Origin: Camelus dromedarius
Taxonomy: Eukaryota
DNA length: 64,000 bases
Assembly (NCBI RefSeq): GCF_036321535.1
Contig: NC_087436.1
Span: 120,096,001-120,160,000, forward strand
Direction of reading: 5' to 3'
Both the position numbers and the translations under genes were made by a program. Below the pieces are notes generated by a model. It worked only from the letters and a program-made list of their open reading frames with translations. It had not been told where the DNA came from and ran no database searches. This document shows, piece after piece, positions 1 through 64,000 of this stretch (within the stretch, counting starts at the first letter, position 1; each line of letters opens with the position of its first letter).

Positions 1-1469
1 GTGGGAGGGGATTCGTCTCCCACCCACTCCAGACCCAGAAAGGACCCCACCTGATGGACTTGCTGCTCGGATGGGATTTCAAAGCCTGCCTGCCCCCCCA
101 ACACCCAGACCTCCCACGGGGCCCCAGTTCATCTTAATCTGCCCTTGACCACACCCCTACCTAGCCAGCCGGCCCTTCCTCCCCCTCCCCTTTCTCCTCC
201 CACTAGATGGGGAGGCCCTCTGAGGACACAGGCACCATCTTATCCATTCTGTTCTCAATCCCTAGCACAGTGCCTGGACCCCAGGAGACACCCAGAAAAT
301 AAGGAAGGAAATGGGGGGGAGAGGGAGGGCAGGAAGAAGGTGAGGAGGGAAAGGGGTGGGCTGTGTGCTGAGGGGAAGTTCTTTTTTAATCAAGCAGCCG
401 ATGGACAGACTGCTCCCCTGGCAGGACCTGCAAGGTGGTCTCGTCACGGCGGCAGGAGGTGAGTGACCAGAGGAGGGCCCAGGGCTGGATGTCCCGGACC
501 CGGACTATGTGTCATCATCGTTCGCTATTACCTGGCTGCTGTTTCTGACCCAGACCACAATAACCTGATTATCAGTTTGCTTCTATCCCTGAGCTCCAGG
601 AGTCCTGACCCCCTCTCACTCCACTTGAGAAGGCAGTGGTCTGCTGGGTCCTGCTTTGGGCAGGTGTGGCCTTGTTATGATGGTAACAGGGAGCTGACTG
701 ATAATGTCCATTGAAATAATGGACAAAAGAGTAATAAGCCAGACAGTAAGAAAATACTCTACCTCCCAAGTTTGAAAAAATCACCGTAGACATGCTCCAT
801 GCCTACCTTGCAAACAAACACAGAGGCCAATTTAAAATCCACCCGATACTGGGAGAGAAACTGGCAGAATGGCTTCTCGTGCGCCCCTTCACAAGCCTGC
901 TGCCTCTGAAGGCCTCGTCTTCGCCCAGAGCGGGGTGTGGAGTTTGGCCCGCAGGAGAGGGTGCTCAGTCAACGGGTGTGAGATGAATATGATGGAGACA
1001 CAGCGAAACAAATGTTCACCGAATCCCACATCGGACACAAAATCCTGAGACAGATCCCCAAACTGCTGAGGCCAAACAGGCCCAGGAGGCTAGTCTAATT
1101 CCAAAGCCGTCGCTAACCATCTCCGGTATTCACATATGACATATGCACCGCCCCGGATGGGGTGGCGGGTGCCATGTCCCAGTTACCCTAAGTCCACCAT
1201 GCGGAGGAGGGAGGGTGTCTGGAGGTGGCAGTAGGGTTGTCACCCCCGGCACCGGTTCCTTTCTGATGGTGTTGAATTAATGGACCGACACGAATGACAA
1301 ACCGTCTACCTGCTTGTTCAAACACAGATAGAGATGAACAGCGAGTCAGAATCGAGGGCAGGAGACGAGGGACGGAGTTTTCATCTTAAAGCCTTCCCTC
1401 ACTCGGGCTGAGAGGAGGGGTGGCAGCCTCGGACGCTCCCGGGCGGCTGCGCGGCCGCAGGGCACTCAC

Positions 1470-59235
<57,766 letters not shown>

Positions 59236-59871
59236 TGCTGGAAACAAAGGAGAGAAGAAAGATGCGTGAGTGTTTCCACTGCTCTCTAACTGATGAGGTT
59301 GGTTGACCCCAATTTGCAAATGTCAAAATATGAATGCTAAATTGTATGCAAAGCATTTCTCTTTTAGCTTATGTTTGAATACTGTTTTCCAACATGAAAA
59401 ACAAGATAGTTGAAACCAGGTCATCTAAAAGATTCATGCACCATCTCCTAGATAAACATGCCACTCTTTCCCTCGCTTTTGCTTTGAGGTGAGGATACCC
59501 AGCTGGGAGGCGCTCCAGAGCCAGGCTGCCGACAAACGGAGCCAAGACCTGAGGGCCTGATGTCATTGTCTGGTGTCAACTGCATGATATTAAATTTCAA
59601 TGTCAAGAAGGAGGTGGGAGTTTAAAATGCCAAAGAGTTTTCAAATAACCACTAGGATGTGATTTCGGAAATTCAACACTCAACTCTCTGCTTTTGCAGG
59701 GCTGGCTCCCTCCCCAGGAAAACTGTGAGCATGTTTATCCAGTTACAACAAAGATGCGGGGTGGGTGTCAGGGAGGACTGTGACCTAAGTTCTGGTCCTG
59801 GAGTCCAACATGTCTTTTCTTTCTGGGATTACGGCAGCCCTTCCCTCTGACAGCCACGAGACTGGACTATG

Positions 59872-61183
59872 TAGCTGGTGTCAACAATTTTTACACATGG
59901 TATAAACCTCTGAGTGATGCCAAAACCCTTTCAGAGCGTCCACGAGGTCAAACTCGTCTCATGACACTATGATGTTATTCACCTTTTCTTGCACTAGTAG
60001 TGCAAATGAAAGGGTGATTAAACTGCTGGCATCTTAGCACCCATCAAAGCAGTGACACCAAACTACACTAGTGGCCACTGTATTCTTCACTTATATACTA
60101 GCAGTTAAAAAAAAATGAATAAAGTTTTAAATGCTACTTTCACTCGAGTGTCTTTGATGGAGCAGCACAAATCACTGCTGTGTCAGATCTCAGCCCTGGT
60201 GGCCCGCCGCCCTGACCGCAGCGTGGGGACGGGCGCGCGTGAGGCGCCTCCCCGGCCGGCGGAGAAGCGCGTGCTGCTGTCTGGGCGGCGAGTCGCGCTA
60301 GGCCCCCTTCTTCACGCAGCACGAAGAAGAGATGATAGGCGAGCTACAGTCACTCAGACCGGAGTCTGTGACCGACATTTTCTGAAGAACAAAGTAAGCT
60401 TATCCCGTCAAGGTAAAGAATGACAGCATTTGTTGCCAATGATAAAATTTGAACTTGCAAGTGAAAGTAAGAATTTTGAACACGTGTATCCACCACAAGG
60501 AGCCTGGTGGCTTCTCAACAGAGACTCCTGCAAGTGAGAAAAAGTGAGAAAGAAGATCTCCTGCTGCTGCGTGCCGCCGTGTGTCAGCATCTGGAGACCT
60601 GCACAGCTCGGGGAACCAAGACATCATAAAATCACACGCGGGTGAAGAGTGGTCTAATGCGCAAAATAAGCTGAAACATCCTAACGTAGCACAGAATGAA
60701 GTGGTCTCTGACCCAGCTTCAGAGCCCACATTACAACTCGCCTTGAACAAACTACTGCTTATTGAGTTTTGGTGTAGTATCAAAGGATATTCACAATACC
60801 TGAAAAGGCACTAAAATGCTCTCCTCTTCCGCGCACGTGTGTGTGTCAGGCCAGACTGTGTGCGCTTCCACTAAAACAATGTTTCACAACAATCTGCAGG
60901 CAGAAATGGACGTGAGACCCCAGCTCGCTTCCGTTAAGCCTGATACTGAAGAGCCTCGTATAAATATAAAACAATGCTACTCTTTCACGGATCATCTCGT
61001 TTTGGTAAATGCAGTTACATTTCATAAATATATTAATAAATCTCTTTAAAAATCTTTTTAAAGTTTTAAATTCTAATATAATAAATATCTACAGATATAA
61101 CTACATTATAAAAGCACTTTGGGGTCCTCAATATATATTTTGAGACCAAAAAGTTCTAAGGAAAAAAGTTCAAGAAGCACTGG
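59872..61183 (+). mobile_element. hAT-Charlie DNA transposon (Charlie1a-like), second copy
   Basis: ccctttcagagcgtccacgaggtcaaact at the left end; transposase relic VSLSRQGKE; ends gagaccaaaaagtt...aagaagcactg; reverse-complement homology to 6133-7495. Confidence 0.78.
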
Positions 61184-61669
61184 TCTATGAAACTCCTCAG
61201 CCTAATTTTCTACAAGGCTACAAGACCCTCCAGAGAAAGATTCTGAAGCCACCCTCCTTTAATTACCAAAGCTCTCATAATTCTAGACTAGTGGGCAGAG
61301 AAATGGCAAATGAGTTCAGAGGCAACATGGCGTAGGATGCTCCCTTTTCCTAACTGGGTAACTTCCGAAGCTTCCCTCTCTGAAATGAAGAGGCTTTGCT
61401 AAGTTAGCCTTTAAGATCTTTTTCATTAGTTTGACACAACATTGTAAAATGACTATAACTCAATTAAAAAATGTTAAATAAAATAAAGTAAAATAAAATC
61501 CAGAGCAGAGAAACCAGCAGAGCCAACTTAGACTTCTGACTTACGTAACAGTGAGATAATAAATTTGTTGTTTTAAGCTGAAAAAAAAAAAGATCTTTTT
61601 CATTAGGAAAACAATTTCTTGATGATTCTAAATAGAAAATAATCTCATCTATACTTTGAAGATGATGGG

Positions 61670-62132
61670 TGGCCAGCATTATTCATGATACTAGAAACAA
61701 CTCAATGAGCATTGATGGATGAATGGATAAATGAAATGTAGTCCATCCACACAGTGGTATCTTATTCAGTCTGAAAAAGGAAGGAAGCTCTGACACCTGC
61801 TATGACACAGAGGAACCTTGAGGACATGATGCCGAGTGAAGTAAGCTAATCACAAAAGGCCAAATCCTGTATGATTCCACTTATACGAGGTCCCTAGAGG
61901 TGTCAAACTCATAGAGAAAGGAGGATGGTAGATGGCAGGTGCTGGGGTTGAGTGGACAGGGAGTTAGTGTTTGACGGGGACTGAGTTACAGTGGGGAAGA
62001 TAAAAGTTCTGGAGGTGAGGTGGTGGTGATGGTTGCAGTACAATGTGAATGGACTTAATGACACTGAATTGTGTACACAGAAGGGTTTAAAACAGTAAAA
62101 TTTATGCTACGTATCTTTCACCACCATAAAAA
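61670..62132 (+). mobile_element. L1MB-like 3' end
   Basis: gatgaatggataaatgaaatg...aaccttgaggacat...gtatgattccacttatacgagg...aaagttctggag...cttaatgacactgaattgt. Confidence 0.8.
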
Positions 62133-62499
62133 CAGTATCAACCATGTCCCAAAAAGGGCTGCTAAAAGCTATAAGCAAAAATGTTTAAGATGTTTACGGG
62201 TCTATGTTAAACTCACAGTACCCATCCTCCCTCCTGATTCGTATACTCTATTATTAAATGCTTCTCTTGTAGCCAAATTATATTATCCTGCAGGATTCCA
62301 CCTGGGTTCCACCTACAGCATCAAAATATCTGAAGAGAACCAAAGACTGCCATCTGTCCCAACTCATCCTAAGCCCGAGCTTCCCTTACAGAGTTCCCGC
62401 TGAGGTTTTGTGTAGGTCCCTCCAGGCCGGGTCCCTGCCTGGCCTGTACCCCCAGCTCAGAAAGCAGCCCCCTTAACCATTAGGTGGACTCTTGGCAGC

Positions 62500-62970
62500 C
62501 GTATGTGCACAACCAGGCCCTGCAGGCCACCCCCCGCTCCCACGTCATAATTAATTGGACCACCTTAACCCAAGCTGGTCAATCAGATTCTCTCTCCTGT
62601 ATACACTGCCTGGAACCAGGAATGCTCAGTCAGTTGAGAGCTCTTGACCAGAAGACACGTGAACTCAGGAGCTACGGAGCCACCATGTTTAGGCACGTGT
62701 GTGCCAGTGGGTGAAAGTCACTAATGGAGAAAGAAAGAATAAAGTGAACACCCGGCGCACACAGAGATACACCCAGAGGGGAGCGGGGAAGCATCAGACA
62801 GACAGGGCACTGAGCAGACTCCTGAGACCTTCTTGGACTTTTTTCAGTTGCCTGTGAAACCGGGCCGCACTTGAGTTCCACAAGATACCTGCATCCTTCT
62901 AATAAGTTTTCATTTCATTGTTTATTAAGCTACAGTGTGGTTTTCGCCTGAAACTGCAACCAAAAGATAG
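62500..62970 (+). mobile_element. Old MaLR LTR (MLT1J/K/L-like)
   Basis: acccaagctggtcaatcagattctctctcctg...ggagccaccatg...aataagttt...tgcaaccaaaaga. Confidence 0.55.
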
Positions 62971-63499
62971 ATTCTCAAAGCGAAGCTCTTTGCACCTCAG
63001 ACTGCAAAACATCCTCAAATTAGAGAGTTGTCATTGCTAGACAGGTCCCCCCTTTCCAGAATTTGCACAGACTAAACAAACCACATTTTACCTTAACAGT
63101 CCCTTCAAACTCATGCCTAGACTCACATCCCCTCTCTCCCAGCCTTCCCTAAGTCAATATCCCCAACAGGCTCCTCCCTACTAAAGTCTGAAATTACTGA
63201 ATTCATTCATCTCATACCAGCTGTACTGATAACTGGGGGCTTAGTGACCTTAAGGTTTCTTTTTGCTTTTGTCTTTTTCTCAAAATAGCTAGTCAGCTGG
63301 TTAAGGGCAGGCACAAGGCTCTGCTGGTCTCTGACAGCTTCTAGCGCCTAGAGAACCTGTTACATAAAAGGCGTTGTCTAGGCATCTACACATGACACTA
63401 TCTAATCCTCAAAATAATGCTGCGTAGACACAGTCGTCCCCATGTATGGGGGAATAAGAAGCCAGGGCCAGTTTGTTTGCTTTTCTTTAAGCAAATCCT

Positions 63500-63670
63500 T
63501 ACACAGCAGTCAGAAGCATCAGGCACTGTTCCAGTCCCTTTACACGTATGACTTCATGTGTGTTCCCAACAACCCTATGAGGTAGAAGCTGGTCTTGTGC
63601 CCATTTTACAGGTGAAGAAACTGAGGCTCAGAGAGGTTGCCTACGGTTACTAAGTGAGCAAGTGGCTAAG
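63500..63670 (-). mobile_element. MIR
   Basis: aacaaccctatgaggtag...cccattttacaggtgaagaaactgaggctcagagagg. Confidence 0.75.
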
Positions 63671-64000
63671 TCTCTCCAGTTAATCAGTTGCTCACAGCCA
63701 TCCCGCTAGAACATAACAAAGAATCTGAACACAGATCTGAGTCCAAAGGCCCTGCTTTGACCATTTTATGATAATTACTCCATGGATTATTTTCTGAGAT
63801 AAGCCTGGCCTGGTGAGTGGCTGTGGCCAATTTTTTTTATGGGCAATAGAATGGTCAAATAAAACTAAGAACACTGGTCCCAGAAAAAATGAGGAAGATG
63901 AACAGGAAGTTTCTCCAGAGCCTACATCGTGCCTCCGAGAGCATTATGACCGTGTGCTGAGCTGTCCAGCTCCCCCATTGGACTGCCAATCCTGGTGTGA

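Noticed and set aside
705..725. 8-bp inverted repeat TGTCCATT-gaaat-AATGGACA
   Set aside because: Short enough to be expected by chance in 64 kb, with no supporting context.
1195..1225. LPPPH-encoding stretch resembling the AFAP-120 neuronal insert exon
   Set aside because: The flanking residues do not match the insert as I recall it and there are no fitting splice sites. That exon should lie beyond position 1.
59290..59340. CTGATGAG as a hammerhead ribozyme core or snoRNA box C
   Set aside because: No GAAA follows a stem II, there is no suitably placed D box with a terminal stem, and it is antisense to the host transcript.

Overview
Mammalian genomic DNA, probably camelid: two tRNA-Ala-derived SINEs have the vic-1-type AATAAA/CCTAATTACCTCCCCC tail, and cetartiodactyl-type L1 3' ends are present. 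The window lies entirely inside AFAP1 (actin filament-associated protein 1, AFAP-110/120) on the minus strand. I reconstructed 11 coding exons by hand (canonical exons 2-12, 59235 down to 1470; 1530 nt, 510 codons). All have GT-AG boundaries and consistent phases. They encode the N-terminal proline-rich SH3-binding region, PH1, the Ser/Thr-rich linker, PH2 and the Tyr motifs. The non-coding first exon, the neuronal insert exon and the C-terminal exons fall outside the window. The introns are mostly old repeats: L1, L2, MIR, MLT1/MLT2/MER68-like LTRs, Charlie1a-like and MER hAT elements, and an ERV-L pol remnant. I found no clearly new biological system. The best leads are: (1) a well-bounded 41-nt cryptic exon in intron 6 that would stop the main frame and supply an in-frame ATG for exon 7; (2) a 38-bp direct repeat flanking the first coding exon; (3) a 100-bp 80%-GC patch inside an otherwise AT-rich transposon copy, suggesting fossil GC-biased gene conversion; (4) exon geometry that gives stop-free circular ORFs; (5) twin hairpins carrying inverted CGAGTCA motifs. 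Repeat family names come from my memory of consensus sequences, and repeat boundaries are approximate.
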